A stretch of DNA of 64,000 bases from Chiloscyllium plagiosum (GCF_004010195.1 NC_057719.1:72193335-72257334), one strand, 5' to 3'. Shown: positions 1 through 13,287, numbered from the stretch's first letter. The notes: generated by a model not told the origin, from the letters alone. Numbers and translations: made by a program.

Positions 1-820
1 TCTTTGAATCATATTAAATCACTTGTGTCATGTTCTTTGTGGAAACTGTTAACTGTCAAAGAAAAATGTTTACTTCCAATTAATAGGTGACAAAATGGTA
101 CAAATGATTTCACATTTTATAACATAGTACAACAGATCTCTAGAACAGCCCTTGACTAAAACTTATTTTATTTAGTAGGTATCATACTTTAAGCTACAAA
201 AAAGTACATTCCCTTTTTATACTTGGCACACACCACACTCTCCTCAGAATTACAGACCTTGTTGCAAAAAATCCCATCGTTGTTTACTGTGAGCTAAAAA
301 TGCAGTTCCAAGAAACAAAAATCCTTTGAACCACATAATTCTAACATCACCTCCAAAGAAAATGAAAACTCTGCACCATTGTGGTGTTGTCATAAATGCT
401 ATCCAAATTTAATAACTTATAACATTCTACAAATTTAACACCTAATTTACTTGTAACATTCTCTTTCATTGTTATCATGTTGTCCAATAAACTTTTTTCT
501 TGGCAGAATTGCAATATTTTAACTTGAAATTTTAACTGTTACAAGCATTTTGGTGATACAGTTCCAGGTTCTTTTCATTTTTAGTATTCTTACAGTCTCA
601 TACGTTGTAATTTGCTGTTTTGATTGTGGCTTCTTTCTTCCAATATATTCAATCTAGGACATTTTGTCAAGGCTGGTAATTGCCTGTAACGTGTATAATT
701 TTTAGCATAAATTATTATAGCATTAAACTTCCAATCCTGAATCCTTAATCCCAAATTTCTCAAAAACATGAGTGGGCATGGTCAGAAGCCATTAATATTT
801 CACCTTGGTTATTAGTTATG

Positions 821-1136
821 ATTAGATTAGATTACTTACAGTGTGGAAACAGGCCCTTCGGCCCAACAAGTCCACACCGACCCGCCGAAGCGCAACCCAC
901 CCATACCCCTACATTTACCCCTTTAACCTAACACTACGGGCAATTTAGCATGGCCAATTCACCTGACCCGCACATCTTTGTGACTGTGGGAGGAAACCGG
1001 AGCACCCGGAGGAAACCCACGCAGACACGGGGAGAATGTGCAAACTCCGCACAGTCAGTTGACTGAGGTGGGAATTGAACCCGTGTCTCTGGCGCTGTGA
1101 GGCAGCAATGCTAACCACTGTGCCACCATGCCGCCC
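821..1136 (-). mobile_element. HE1-type tRNA-derived SINE (elasmobranch V-SINE)
   Basis: Minus strand reads GGGCGGCATGGTGGCACAGTGGTTAGC (A box)...GGGTTCAATTCCC (B box), then a conserved body, a CR1-like 3' end (GGCCGAAGGGCCTGTTTCCACACTGTAAG) and a (TCTAA)n tail; 7 more copies in the window. Confidence 0.9.
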
Positions 1137-1706
1137 ATCTTGCTTTGTTGCATTATTCCTGTTAACCAAAGATTCCAGGCTTAGATTACTTCTGTTTTGC
1201 CTCGGCCTTTAGACACATAGGCAGTAAACTTTGTTTGTCAACAGACCTCATTCAAGTCAAGAGACATACCCTTCCATGAGGGGGCCCTGGCACAGTAAGT
1301 CAAGAGCAGCCTCCGATATCAATCCACTGGCTTGGAATCAGTCAATGAATACTTCAGGTTGTCACAGAGCAAAACAAGACACAAAGCTGTTTTTTTAACT
1401 GCTGAGAACTTAGTTTGAAACTGGTTTGGATTGGCAAAATAACAAACCTATCATTCCATACCAGCATCATCTTGAAGCCATACTGTTTATCCTCTCATGT
1501 CACTAAAAGCAATAGCTGCGTAGAATGGCCTATTACAGTTTGAGATAGTCAAAGTGTCGTCAGTTACTAATATATTCTTTGCCCTCTCAAAGACTGTCTG
1601 ACACGATTCTGTCTGATTTTGATTTTCATATTTTCCTCAATAGATTAATTAATGGTGTGATCACTGAACTAAAGTTAGAGACAAACTCCTGGTAGAAACA
1701 GTAGTA

Positions 1707-4700
1707 TGGTATATACTCGTGTAAAAGTCGAATTTTCTAGACCTTTTTTTTAAAGGTTCAATTTATAGGGTCGACTATTACACAGGCATTATTTGAGGGG
1801 CTGAAATTCATGCTGCAGTTCGAAATATCCTATTATTAGCAGAAGTCTATTTGATTGCTCAACTAATCCCAGGTAAAGAAGAAAAACACAATGAATTACA
1901 GTAAAGGTAATTACGGATAAAAGCAAGAGAAACCAGAATGAATTACTGGTAATAAAAGTTTATTTATACATACTGGTACAAAAATTTACCATGTCAAAGA
2001 TTCATTGAAATTCTGCAATATCAGAATTCTGCAATTCTTCAACATCGTCATGGTCTGGTATAATGGCACACTTAAATTAAACATTTGGGGGGATCCAAGA
2101 TGGCGATCTAGGAAGATCGCATTGTAGAGCTCCATACCGCAGCGAAAGCAGGACAAACTTTTAACCCGCCCTACATTGGCCACCTTGATATCCCAAGACT
2201 CTGGAAAGCTCATGGAATCCCAGGAAACAGTTACAAATCAACTTGGGTTTTGCCGTTCAGGGATGCTGACGAAGGGAGGAGGAGAGTCTGAGGCCTGGCC
2301 CACGGCCCAGCCTGCAGGATCCTCTGACTCTATTTCTTTCCAGGCCGTGGTGAAGTACGCTCGTGAAATCTCGCGAGATGTTGGGTAAGCAGATAGACGA
2401 GAAGCTGGCCCTGATCTCTCTCATGTAGCAGAAGCATGAACAGCAGCTGGAAATCCTGGAGAAAAGGACGGATGAGGTAGAACACAGAGTTGCAGTCGTG
2501 GAAGCTGATACAGAATCCAAGCCCTGGACATGCAGGTCCGTAATTTGCTTGACCAAGTTGATGACCTCGAGAACAGGGACAGGAGAAAAAATATTCGAAT
2601 CGTCGGTCTGCCACAGGGTAAGGAAGGTGAACGGCCGGCAGAATTTATTGAGGACTGGTTGCCGAAATTCCTTAACTTGGAGGCTTGAAGATAAAGAAGG
2701 CTCCCTGGGTCATGGCATGGTGGTCAGGTCTCATCCTATCTTGGTGCGGTTTCATCATAAGGAGAGAATCATGGAAGCTTCCAGAATCCAGAGGAAGAAT
2801 CTGCAGGCCCTAGTTTACTAGGGCTCTGAGATCATGTTCTTCCAGGACATCTGAGCGGTGGTGATCCAGAAAAGAAAATCCTATGACGGCATCAAGAGAA
2901 GACTGAGGGAGCTTGGGATCCAGTAATATGAGGTAACCAGCGGTGCTGTAGATTACCTTAGATGGATCTGTACATCTCTTTAACACGTGGGAGAAGGCAA
3001 GAGATGTTGTAGATAAATTAACTTAATCTGAACAATTTAGTATGTACAAATAGTAGTGTTGTTTGGGTAGTCTTTGTTTTTTCAGTATTGACAGCGGAAT
3101 GGGAAGTTGAGTTTTAGGATGTGTAGTTGCCCACTTTGGGCAGGGGGTGAGTTCCCCTTTTCAGCGCTGTTGGTGCTTTTATATGTTGGTTTGTTTTTTG
3201 GTTTTTGTTGTATATAATCTTCGATAGCTTTGTAGGTTTGTTAAATGTAGTGGTTTTAGTTTATGCAGTTTTTATGTTCAATGGATCTTGCGACACTAAG
3301 GCTCAGCGATTTGTGGTTTGGGTTCCTCCTCTCTGGAATCTAAATGTTATTGCAGAAGGTTACAGCTAAGGACTTGATTAAATGGTGTACCCGGAATATC
3401 CAGGGGAGTCACTTACCGACTAAGAGGAAGAAGGTACTTTTGAGTCTTAGAAAGGAAAATGTGGATATTGCTTTGTTACAGGAGACACATTTGGATGATA
3501 GGGAGCATTTGAAATTAGAGCAGAATGGCTTTAATCGGGCTTACTTTTCATCTTTTAATAACAGAAGTAGGGGAGTGGCTATATTGGTTCAGAGGAATCT
3601 CCCATTTAAGTTACTAGAGTGTGGTAAAGACACACATGGGAGGGTTGTAATTCTCAAAGCCCTGATAAACAGGGAAAAAGATGGTGTTTTAAATGTTTAT
3701 TGCCTTCCAGCCTATCCCCTCAAATTTCTGGTAGATGCATTCTCTAAGTTGATCATTCTTGAGTCCCGGCATATCATTATAGAGGGAGATTTTAATTGTC
3801 TCAATCCCACTGTAGACAGGTTGCCCAGAGGCACCCTGATGTCCTTTGTACAAATGAAACAGTTAGTGGATATGCCTGTGGAGTTAGGGTTGGTGGATGT
3901 CTGGAAGTGTCTCCACCCTACTGGCAGGGATTTTATATCTTTTTCCAATCCATGTAGATGTCACACCAGGATTTACTTTTTTTTTCTGACCCCCATAGCA
4001 ACCCTGGGCTGCGTGGCATCTTGTACGATTGGTAATTTTACCATCTCCCATCACGGTCCATTGTACCTGTTGGTTAATAGTAAGGCTGTTACAGTGGGCC
4101 CGAGGCACTGGCAAATGGATTCCTTTATCCTTAAGCATAATATGTTTGTGGAGTACTTCTCTAGGGAATTTCGGGCATTTTGAGACATTGACTCAGGCTC
4201 GGTTAATAGCCCGTCTGTCCTTTAGGAAACAGGGGGTTAGTTATTTCCTACTCTGCCAATAGGAATCAGCAGAATGGCGAACAGCAATGTCTCCTCAAAG
4301 GACGGTTGAAGGCAGCCGAGCAGGTCAAGCTACAGAGGATTACGCCGCTGTGGTCTTCATTGAATTCCGTGCTCAAGCAGACAACAAAGAAGGAGCTTAC
4401 TTTCATAAAGCAAAGGTTATATGAGCATGTTGACAAGCCAGGCAAGTACCTAGCATATCTCGCAGCGAACAGGAGAACCCCTCGAGCCATTACGCTGATT
4501 AGAGAAGGGTCAGGGAACCTAATGTATGATTTCAAAAAGGTTAATGTGGCATTCTAAAGATTTTACTCAAAAGTCATACCAATCTGAGGGTTGTGAGGAG
4601 TGGTGGGCCAAGACAGTCCTTTTTCAAGGATCTGGAGCTCCTGGGTGTGACCCCCCCCCCCCCCAAATAAGAGACCTTTCTCAATGCCCTTTATCAGAGC

Positions 4701-7700
4701 AAGAGGTGCATGAGGCTGTGAATAAGCATCACAGTGGAAAGAAACCCGGTCCTGATGGACTTCCCAGGGAATTCTATAAGGAATTTTTAAACATATTGTC
4801 AGGCCCGATACTTAATATGTTCATTGACTCATATAATCATGATCGTCTCTCGCCATCTCTAGGAGAGGCCAATATTTCACTTATCCTTAAGAAAGGAAAG
4901 GTACCGGAGGATTGTACTTCGTACAGGCTCATTTTACTCTTAAATGTGGACTTCAAAATCATCTCTAAGACTCTTGTGTTAAGGCTGGAGACTGTTTCCT
5001 TCTATTGTTAAAGAGAACTAAACAGGCTTCACAAAGGGCCACAGATCCTCCAACAATGTTAGGAGGCTGCTTAGTGTAATTTAGGTGTGTCGACAACAGT
5101 CAATACAGGGATTGGTGATTTCTCTACTTGCAGAGAAGGCATTTGACCGAGTTGAGTGGCTGTATCTTTTTTATACTCTGGAGCAGTTTGGCTTGGGCGA
5201 AGCCTTTATAAGATAGTTCTCCTACAGTGGCCCTCTCACGGCGGTCATCACCAATGGGGTGCGATCAAGCAATTTTAACAGATTTAGGGGCAGCTGGCAG
5301 AGCTGTCCCCTTTCACCTTTGCTTTTTACGTTGGTGATTGAACCATTGGCAGAGGCCATTCCTAGGAATCCTTAATATATCGGCTCCAGAAGTGGGGTCA
5401 AAATTACACGTTTTGTTGTGAGGAGACAATGTCTTTTTTTTTTTTGTCAAACCCAGCAGTTTTAGGGCCTCACCTGCTACAATGCATCAGCACGTTTGGC
5501 ACCTTTGCAGGGTACAAGATTAATTTTGCAAAATCAGAGGCTATGCCTATGGGTGGTCTTACAAAGGTGCTAGGGTCTTGAGGGCGAATATCGACTTCTC
5601 ATTTAAGTGGTCATAGGAGGGTTTTGTGTGTTTGGCTACATTCATCACTCCAGTTCTTGATCGGTTGTTTAAAGCTAATTTTGTTCAATTATTCGACAAA
5701 ATCAAACCAGACCTTTAAAGATGGGAGGCGCTTCCGGTCTCGTGGTTAAATTGTACAGCGGTTATTAAGATGAATATTCTCCCCATATTGTTGTATCCTA
5801 TATGGATGCTCCCCTTGATTTTCGATAAGCAAACGTCCAGGAGACTGAACAGCTGGTTCAGCTCTTTTATTTTGCATTGTAAGCGGCCCCTTGTTAAATT
5901 AGCTAAACTGCAATTGCCTCACAGATTGGAGGGGAGTGGATCTCCCAGACATTAAAAACTACCAACTAAGCTTGCTTTTATCTTAAGTGAGTGATTTTGC
6001 TTGTGGGGAGCCTTTTTCAATATGGTTAGATATCAAAACCTCTCTGGCAGGGTGCCCCTTTACTGGCTAGCTGTTTTTGGACAAAATGAGGACAGTTAGG
6101 GAATATTGCCATAACCCAGTAGTTATCAATACTGTTAAAGCATGGAGGACAATTCAGCAGATGGAAGGCAATATTGGCAAAACATCTTCTCGTACACCTA
6201 TAGTTGCTATGCAGTGTTTTCAACTAGGGATGATAGATTCAGGATTCAAACATTGGGCAGCTAGGGATGTGTCTTGCATGGGCGATTTATTTGAGGAAGA
6301 TATAGTGAAGCTCTTTGATCAGTTAGCATGGAAATACGAGTGATCTAACTGGGACCGCTTTTTTGTTTCTTCTTCGAGTTTAGGGATTTTATTTTAAAAC
6401 AACTGCACTTTTGACAGATCCCTACAAATCTGGTATAGAGAGGAGAGTGGCCAGAGTCAAGAGTACACTTTGTCAGCACTCAATATCATCAATTGGGTGG
6501 GCGACCCCTCAGATGAGTTTGATCGACTCTGCAGGGTGTGGAAGAGAGAACTAGGCGTTGAGGTCTCCTCAGAGTCATGGGAAGATATTTGAGAAAACAC
6601 AAAGATATCAGTTTGCAACAGGACCCAGGCTTTACAGCTGAAGATTCTCCACAGGGTGCACTTGGCTCCAGATCATTTGTCAAAATTTAAACCAGGGATA
6701 TCTTCAACATATCCCAAGTGCAGTGTTGATACAGGCACTCTTACCCATTTGTCTCTGGTCCTATGGTAGGCTTCAAACATACTGGAGCGCTGTGGGGGTG
6801 CAATGGAGGGGATTTTGGGTGTTAGGGTGGAGAAGGACCTGATCTCTCCTCTTCTTGGCCTGCCCAGTGTGTTCCCTGTAGATGCACATAAGAAAAAACT
6901 TTTCAACATCCTCACAAGAAAGAATATCTTGTTAGGTTGGGTGTCCGAAAATCCCCTCAGCCTGTCGGGTTGGCAGCAGATTATTATGGAGCATATTCCC
7001 TTGGATTTTCTCACATGTATGGTTCACCACAAGACTGAAAATTTCTGTAAGACATGGTGGCCCTTTTTGGAATACCTGGACACAGTTTTGCCTGCCACAC
7101 TAATAAAGGCTTTTATGTAGCCGTTATGATTGTGCTTTACAAGTCCAATATCCAGAGAGGGGGAACTGCAAACATATGAATGTGTGAAAACTAATGCTCT
7201 CTACATTTGAGAGCAAGTGTTTTGTTTGGCTGAGCTGAATTATTATTATTTATTAGTTTATTGTTGGTTATTATTTATTTAGTTAAGTAGTTGGCGTTTT
7301 TATGTAATTGTTTTCTGTACATGTTTAAACATTTGTACGAGGGCGATTTAGACTTTTTTACTTGTTTTTGGTATTGTTTTGATTGTATTGATTTGTAATA
7401 TTAAATATATTTTTCAATAAAAATATATTAAAAACAAATGAAACGTTTATTAAATTCTGAATGTGTAAGCGTCTTGAACTTTCCCACCAAATTCTTCACT
7501 TTCCCTCCTTTACTCTCATATGTAATGAACCTTATTTGTCATATATGTAGCTAATATAACTCACTTTTATTCAGATATAATGGTAGAATTAAAATGATTA
7601 ACTTTTTAACAATAGTAACTTTTGGATGGGTAGTGAATTAAGTACTGATAGACTTAGTACAGGTATGAATGAATGAATCAAAACGTGCTGTAGTAAACCA

Positions 7701-7960
7701 AGTGGGCTAAGTAGAGTTATGAATGAAGATGCAATATAGTCAACAAAGAATGATGAGTAAAATTACTCGTATGAATGAATGAATGCGCTTTCGTTTAAGT
7801 GGGTTAATGGGAACATACAGTTTCCTGTGTAAGACGTTTATAATGTGATATAGTAGGGTCGACTTTTACGTGAAATTATATGGAAAATACAAGAGCTTTT
7901 GGCCAAAAAATAAGGGGTCGACATTTACATGAAATCAACTTTTACACGACTTATATACAG
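1707..7960. mobile_element. Non-autonomous Tc1/mariner-superfamily (Tc2/pogo-like) DNA transposon, about 0.9 kb once the nested L1 is removed
   Basis: Left end TA|TGGTATATACTCGTGTAAAAGTCGA; right end reverse complement TA|CTGTATATAAGTCGTGTAAAAGTTGA; TA target duplications; internal GGGTCGAC(T/A) repeats near both ends. Confidence 0.75.
2087..7435 (+). mobile_element. Full-length, decayed L1-clade LINE (ORF1 about 2200-3026; ORF2 about 3344-7120, with frameshifts and stops)
   Basis: 5' GGGGGGATCCAAGATGGCG start; ORF1 motif DLENRDRRKNIRIVGLP; APE endonuclease (LQETH, RGVAIL, GDFN); RT N-terminal part (GPDGLPREFYK, LLNVDFKI); C-terminal Cys/His knuckle remnant; AATAAA at 7416 plus A-rich tail; TSD AAATTAAACATTT (2074-2086) / AAATGAAACGTTT (7436-7448). 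Confidence 0.92.
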
Positions 7961-8096
7961 TATTCCATTTTCATCTTGGATACAGGCTAGGCCGTTATTG
8001 CCTGAACTTTAACTTCTGGAGGCACTGCTTGACTCTGTCCTGTAATAGCCTTAAATAACTGACGTTGGCCTTAGCAAACTCACTTTTTACCAAGTA

Positions 8097-8180
8097 CAGA
8101 GGAACCTCTATTACCTGATATTCAATTCACCGAACGAAATACTCACCACCCGTGTCATTTGGATAATGGAGGTTCCTCTG
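8097..8180. mobile_element. 84-bp Tigger/pogo-like MITE
   Basis: TIRs CAGAGGAACCTC(T/C)ATTA / TAATGGAGGTTCCTCTG, flanked by TA on both sides. Confidence 0.8.
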
Positions 8181-9544
8181 TATATTACTAATCCACTTGT
8201 TTTAATGCTCTGTTGGAATTCTAAATGCTTAGAATGATTTTCCCAGCTATGATTGTTCCGATAGGTTAGTAATACAAGACACAATCTAGTAATCACATGG
8301 ATGAATAACCTGTAGGCATTTCTTCAAATTAAATGGTGTGATGTTATACCTAAACAGGTTCTACATTGGGGTCATAAAAGTGCTGATCTCATGGACATGA
8401 TCTGTCTGAGGTAATTGCCAATAGTTTTTTAAGCAAATTAATCTTGCTAACATAGACTGAATTCCCAACTGTATCAATACAATTCTCAAGTCAAGGAATT
8501 GGACAGCAAATCATTCTTTGTTACTGCATTAATTTTGCAATAGTCAACACACAATCTCTGACTCATGGGATTTTGCTACCAGTTCAAGTGAAGACTCCAG
8601 CTCTGTTTAATGATATCATTATCCAATGCAAATTGAACCTCCTACCTGACCAGGGACAATTACTAGGATTGAGTTTGAGAGTTCTTTTCACTGGGTATGC
8701 ATGTTTACATTAAATTTTATAAATAGCCAGAAAAGTCTGACTTGGTTTATCCACATGTAGACTCATTGTCTCTTTTAACTGTTCAGGTATGTCCCTTTCG
8801 CAGGAAATTGGTGTTACATCTTCATTAATCGCTTCAACACCAGCTTTGCTAATTTTATTACAGGCGTTTCGATTTGAGAGCCGCATCTTCAACTGATCAT
8901 TTGTGTGTTCCCATTAGTATCTGCCTCATTTATCACTTGAAAAGTAATCACCAGCTGATTATCTTTCTAATTATAGTTTTTCTTCAAAATACACAACTGT
9001 TGATTTATTTTTCTTCTTTCCGTTGTACTGATTACATAATTTATCTCTAGTTTCTTTTTACTATCATAATATCCATAACACCTAGCCTTCAGTGGCTAGC
9101 CATGCAAAGCCACCAGAACTGATATACTTAGAAATCTGAGGATAAGACTAGACTCAGTTCTCAACTTTTTATTCTTCATTTGCTGGAAATTTTTAAGGTG
9201 TTCCTGAGCTGCTGTACAAGTTTTTTTTTGAAAATCTGTCTTTGAATTTGCACACAGCATCTGAGGGATTAATTTCTTCTCCGTGCCAGAGCTCTATCCT
9301 TAGTAAATTTAAGGAGTCCTCTCACTTCATGTCCATGGACTGATTCAAAAGGTCTGAAGCTAGTTTAACCATTTGGCACATCTCTTCCAATAAACAACAA
9401 TTATATATTTTATCTCCATACTGGTGATACTCAAAACAGCAGGCTATTATGCTCGTAATCTTGGTGATAACTTTTCAGAGTATCCTGCTATTAGTGATGA
9501 GCAAACGGCCTCAGCGGTTATATATTATCTCTTTATCTTTTAAT

Positions 9545-9868
9545 TCCTGGAATGAAGGTGTTGCTCGCTAGGCCAGCATTTATTGCCAATCCCTGAATTG
9601 CCCAGAGGGCAGCTAAGAGTAAACCACACATTGCTGTGGGTCTGGAGACACGTAGGTCAGACCAAGTAAAGATGTCCATTTCCTTCCCTAAAGGACATTA
9701 AATAATCAAATGGGTTTTTCCGACAATTGACTTGTGGTCATCATCAGGCTCTTAATTCCAAATTTTCATTAAATTTAAATTCCACTAACTGCCATGGCAG
9801 GATTCAAACACAGATCCCCAGAGCATTACCTGAGTCTCTGAATTAACAGTCAACGATAATACCACCTT
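9545..9868 (-). mobile_element. Older shark tRNA-derived SINE remnant (DeuSINE/SacSINE-like)
   Basis: GCCAGCATTTATTGCC..TCCCT..TTGCCC end motif, with degenerate versions near 19170, 23715 and 24925, and a degenerate B-box/A-box head at about 9800-9866. Confidence 0.4.
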
Positions 9869-10094
9869 CCCTCTTTGGATAGACAAGAAATGCTGGCCAG
9901 TGATCAAAATGCTCAATTGAAAGTAAATAATTTTTAAGATGTGACATGAAATTTGACACCTGGTTGGGTTGGACTGAACTTCTCTTGGCAACTCATACTA
10001 GGCTTTTAAAAATGGATTGCAATTTCAACACTTGCTAAAAGCTTTCTTAACAATATTGCTTCTGAACTCCTAATTAGTCAAGTCCATGGTGTGG

Positions 10095-10325
10095 AGGTGG
10101 ACAAAATTAAAAATGACATGACACCAAGTTATATTCCAACTGGTTTATTTGAAAGTACAAGCTTTTGGAGTACCGCTCCTTCATCAAGTAGCTAATTGGA
10201 CAGGATACAAAAGACACAGAATTTATAAGTAAAAAATTGAAAGTGTCATATAACTGATGCGATGTATTAGACAAACCTAGATGGCTGTTAAGTCTTTAAT
10301 CACTTAGAATGGGGATGCAGGTTTT
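10095..10325 (-). mobile_element. Penelope-like 3' fragment with a degenerate hammerhead motif (family C)
   Basis: Similar to 46882-46973 and 48369-48860; reverse complement TTGATGAAGGAGCGGTACTCCAAAAGCTTG is a mutated CUGAUGA-stemII-GAAAGCU core. Confidence 0.65.
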
Positions 10326-13094
10326 ATTCCTTGATTTGACTTTGACCTGGATCCAGCTCTGGAGCCTCAATGGTTTATCAAAAGTTGGAACTGCTGTCAA
10401 TAAACCTGGCCTGATCACTTTTGTGTCTTCCAACCATGTATGGCACGCTCTATAAAATTTTAACCACCTCTCCATATAACTCTAGTGAATAAAAGTACAT
10501 CATAGCATTAGCGTGAGCCATGTGAATGTCCAAATGATCATCAGAATTTCATGGGCAATCCATACAGTTTTCTGGAAGTACTCCGTAGGGAAAACCATCT
10601 AATGCTTTACTGTTCACTCCTCATTTGGTCTTTGAGAAGCTGTGCACTTCCTAATCAAAAGATAAGTATACTGAGATATTCACAGACGCCATGTCAGTGT
10701 AGAAGAGAGGACAGCAAGCCAGAATCTGCCCCTGGGCCTCAAATCAAATATGATTAGCTGTACAATTTAGTCATACATTTCTTTAGGGTCTGCACACCTA
10801 TTCCAACACACAAATCTGTGTTAACCCAACACTTGGTCTGCTTTCCCCTAAACTGAGTTCTTTACATTATATAGGCCAAGGGCCTGGGACCTAGTTGCAA
10901 CACAATCTGGGAAACGTCCAGGATGTTGCTTCTGGAGGACCTTGAGTTGCATCACGTCTGCTAACTTCCCTGAAAATGTTTGGTGCCAATATCTAATCTT
11001 TTGCCAGTTAATTTCCTAATGAAATACAGACCCATTCTAATAGGCAAAATGGTATGAGTGCATTTACTAAGTGACTTTGTAAATTAACTTTATTAGGGGG
11101 ACATGTAAATAACTTCCATTAACATCCCACACAGATCATTGTTCAGCGAACAGACTATTTGGAGGGTAAGATATAGCATCAGCCACCATCAATGAATATT
11201 TCTCTTGTGTCTCTAAGAATATTAACTTTTTGCCTACTTTACTGAGTAAACAGGGGAACAGCTCTCCCATATACATAGTGAATCACAGAATTATGGGAAT
11301 TTTATCAGAACTGGGGGCAAAATCACCTGCTTTTTCTGAGCTACACATGTTAAGCTGGTAATTTTGAAGAAGCATTGTGCAACTGTAGCAATGCTATTGC
11401 CTTGCCACTAACTCTATTTACTACTACAATGTTTTCTGGAAACAGACTGGACATTCTTCCCAACAATGTCAGTTTAGACTTTGATTTCCATTAATCTGCA
11501 TTCACATGCTCTGTAACCTCATAGCAATTTTCTCAAATAAGATATGTTTCAGTTCCATCTTAGAATGTTTAGGAGCTGTATGAATTTTCCTTGCCAAATC
11601 CAAACCAGCAATTAAATTTCGACTCATCAACTCTGCTATGCCCTGTTACATATTAATGTCTTTCTATGTACTATTCAAATTTTCTGTCCTTCCATTTTTT
11701 TTTGTACTTCAGGGTGTTCCCTTACCTTTACTCATTAAAGGTTTCTTTAGACTCCAAATCGAGTTTTCACATCTCCCACTTTCTTTCCAGTTCAAGCTTC
11801 TTCAATTTCTTCTTTTTTTCAAGTTCAATTTGCTTCATTTGGAACTGAATCCTAACTAACTAATTCTATATTTTGTCTGGATTATGTTTTTTTTCTCTGT
11901 TTTAGCAACGTGCTGGTTTAGCTTTCTTATGTGGCAATGCAGAGAATCCAGATATAGCAAACAAGCTGACAATATATTCTGGAAACTCTCTATTCTGGAA
12001 AGGGAAAACCTACATAACGTCTAGACTTGTACTGCTCTTAAATAACTTAAAGGCATGAAACAGGGTATGGTTCAATCTGTCCCACAGATTGAGCCCTTTT
12101 ATTCTAAGTACATCTATTGGATGACCTTCAAATCCACGGCGTTTCAAAGAAAACAGACCAAACTTGTTGAAGTCTACATAAATAACTTTAAGCTCGATTT
12201 CTCCTCTGAGCATCTTCCAAGGTTACTCTATCACCCAATTTGAGTATGGCCTTGAACTGGGCACCACGACAATTCATTCTAAATAAAGACGTGCAAACGA
12301 CCAAATGGTGTTCTTTAATGTGACTTGAATTAAAACTCAATATTTTGTTTGCTTTGGCTGCACATTATGTACATTGATCTAAAGTTTTGGCCTGTGCATA
12401 ATACCACTCAGATTTAGTCCTGATATCTCCTTATGTGGCTTGATGGCAGATTTTATTTGATAATGCTCCTTTGAATTGCTTTAGGACATAACAGAAGAAA
12501 TAGGAGGAATATATAATGTGACCCTTCAAGCCTGATCCACCATTCAGGTGGTGTTCATGCCAATCACCTTGCTCAACCCTGCCAGTTCCTTTATCGCTCC
12601 ATTTCCTGACAGATGAAAAATCTATCCATGAATGCATTTGCACAGCATTTTAAATGTTGTAAGTTGTTCATTTTTAGCCACCTTCCTTATTGCTCTGACT
12701 TGTCAGGTCATATCCTCTACTAATTATGCCCTGTGATGAGAAGAACTTTAAAAATTAAATGAGAATGTGCATCCAACCCGCTACATTCATACCTGCAGCT
12801 GTTTTGTCCAATTATACTCTTCACTAATATCTTTAAATTGAGCTCCCACAGCCTGATTTAAATTGAAGAGATACCTTTCAGGTTTCCCAGAACTTAGTAA
12901 TCTAGCAGTAAAAGGGAGGAAGCTGGCAGTTGAGAGCTCCATGAAATCAATAAATCTTTGAAAGTGCCCTTTAGCTCAGGAGGAGCAAAAACTCATCCCC
13001 CAATCTCCTTTTCTTCTCAGTGTTCTTTCTTGTTTTGACCTCTCATCTCCTATTCTATCCCTTTTCCTTTTGCTCTCATTGCTGGTTGTCAAAG

Positions 13095-13185
13095 ATCCAC
13101 AACTACAACGTCCTAATGACTGTTTGAAAAGTGAAAGTGACTCTACTGTTAAAAATATAAAGCAGTTCACAACAATTATTAGAAA
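13095..13185 (+). CDS. G2E3: G2E3 tentative linker exon (DPQLQRPNDCLKSESDSTVKNIKQFTTIIR)
   Basis: Long polypyrimidine tract 13005-13080 then AAAG acceptor; only one open frame; phase-1 start and phase-2 end fit the next exon; donor AA|GTTGCA is weak and the peptide is not recognisably conserved. Confidence 0.45.
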
Positions 13186-13287
13186 GTTGCATGTTTTTTT
13201 AACAAAACATTGAAGTTGCTCAATTTTTTTCAGTCATTAACCTCATTTAGAAAATATTGGTTTTTTTTTTAACTATTTCTTCCACAG

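Larger units (their letters stand above)
8200..12270 (-). mobile_element. Heavily decayed Gypsy-like LTR retrotransposon internal region (gag clearest at about 11400-11950)
   Basis: Minus-strand Glu/Lys-rich coiled-coil segment (QFQMKQIELEKK..LKKLELE) followed by an ETYL.FEKIA-like gag motif that resembles the relic at 59.4-59.9 kb; boundaries approximate. Confidence 0.5.

Noticed and set aside
1060..1136. tRNA-like sequences with A and B boxes
   Set aside because: They are SINE heads fused to SINE bodies and tails; I saw no stand-alone tRNA gene
945..1169. Recurring ORFs such as GGTVVSTAASQ / CGRKPEHPEETHAD (also at 27.5, 28.4, 39.9, 47.7, 58.9 kb)
   Set aside because: Chance translations of HE1 SINE copies, not genes
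3344..4183. 279-aa endonuclease ORF as a domesticated or active gene
   Set aside because: It is a fragment of the decayed L1 ORF2, with altered motifs (for example ISHH for SDH) and downstream stops
12248..12266. Possible tRNA primer-binding site (minus strand TGGTGCCCAG...) for the Gypsy relic
   Set aside because: I could not match it to a specific tRNA 3' end or to an adjacent LTR
1..13000. Upstream PHD/RING exons of G2E3
   Set aside because: I found no Cys/His-finger exon by eye; they probably lie before the window, though a missed small exon cannot be excluded
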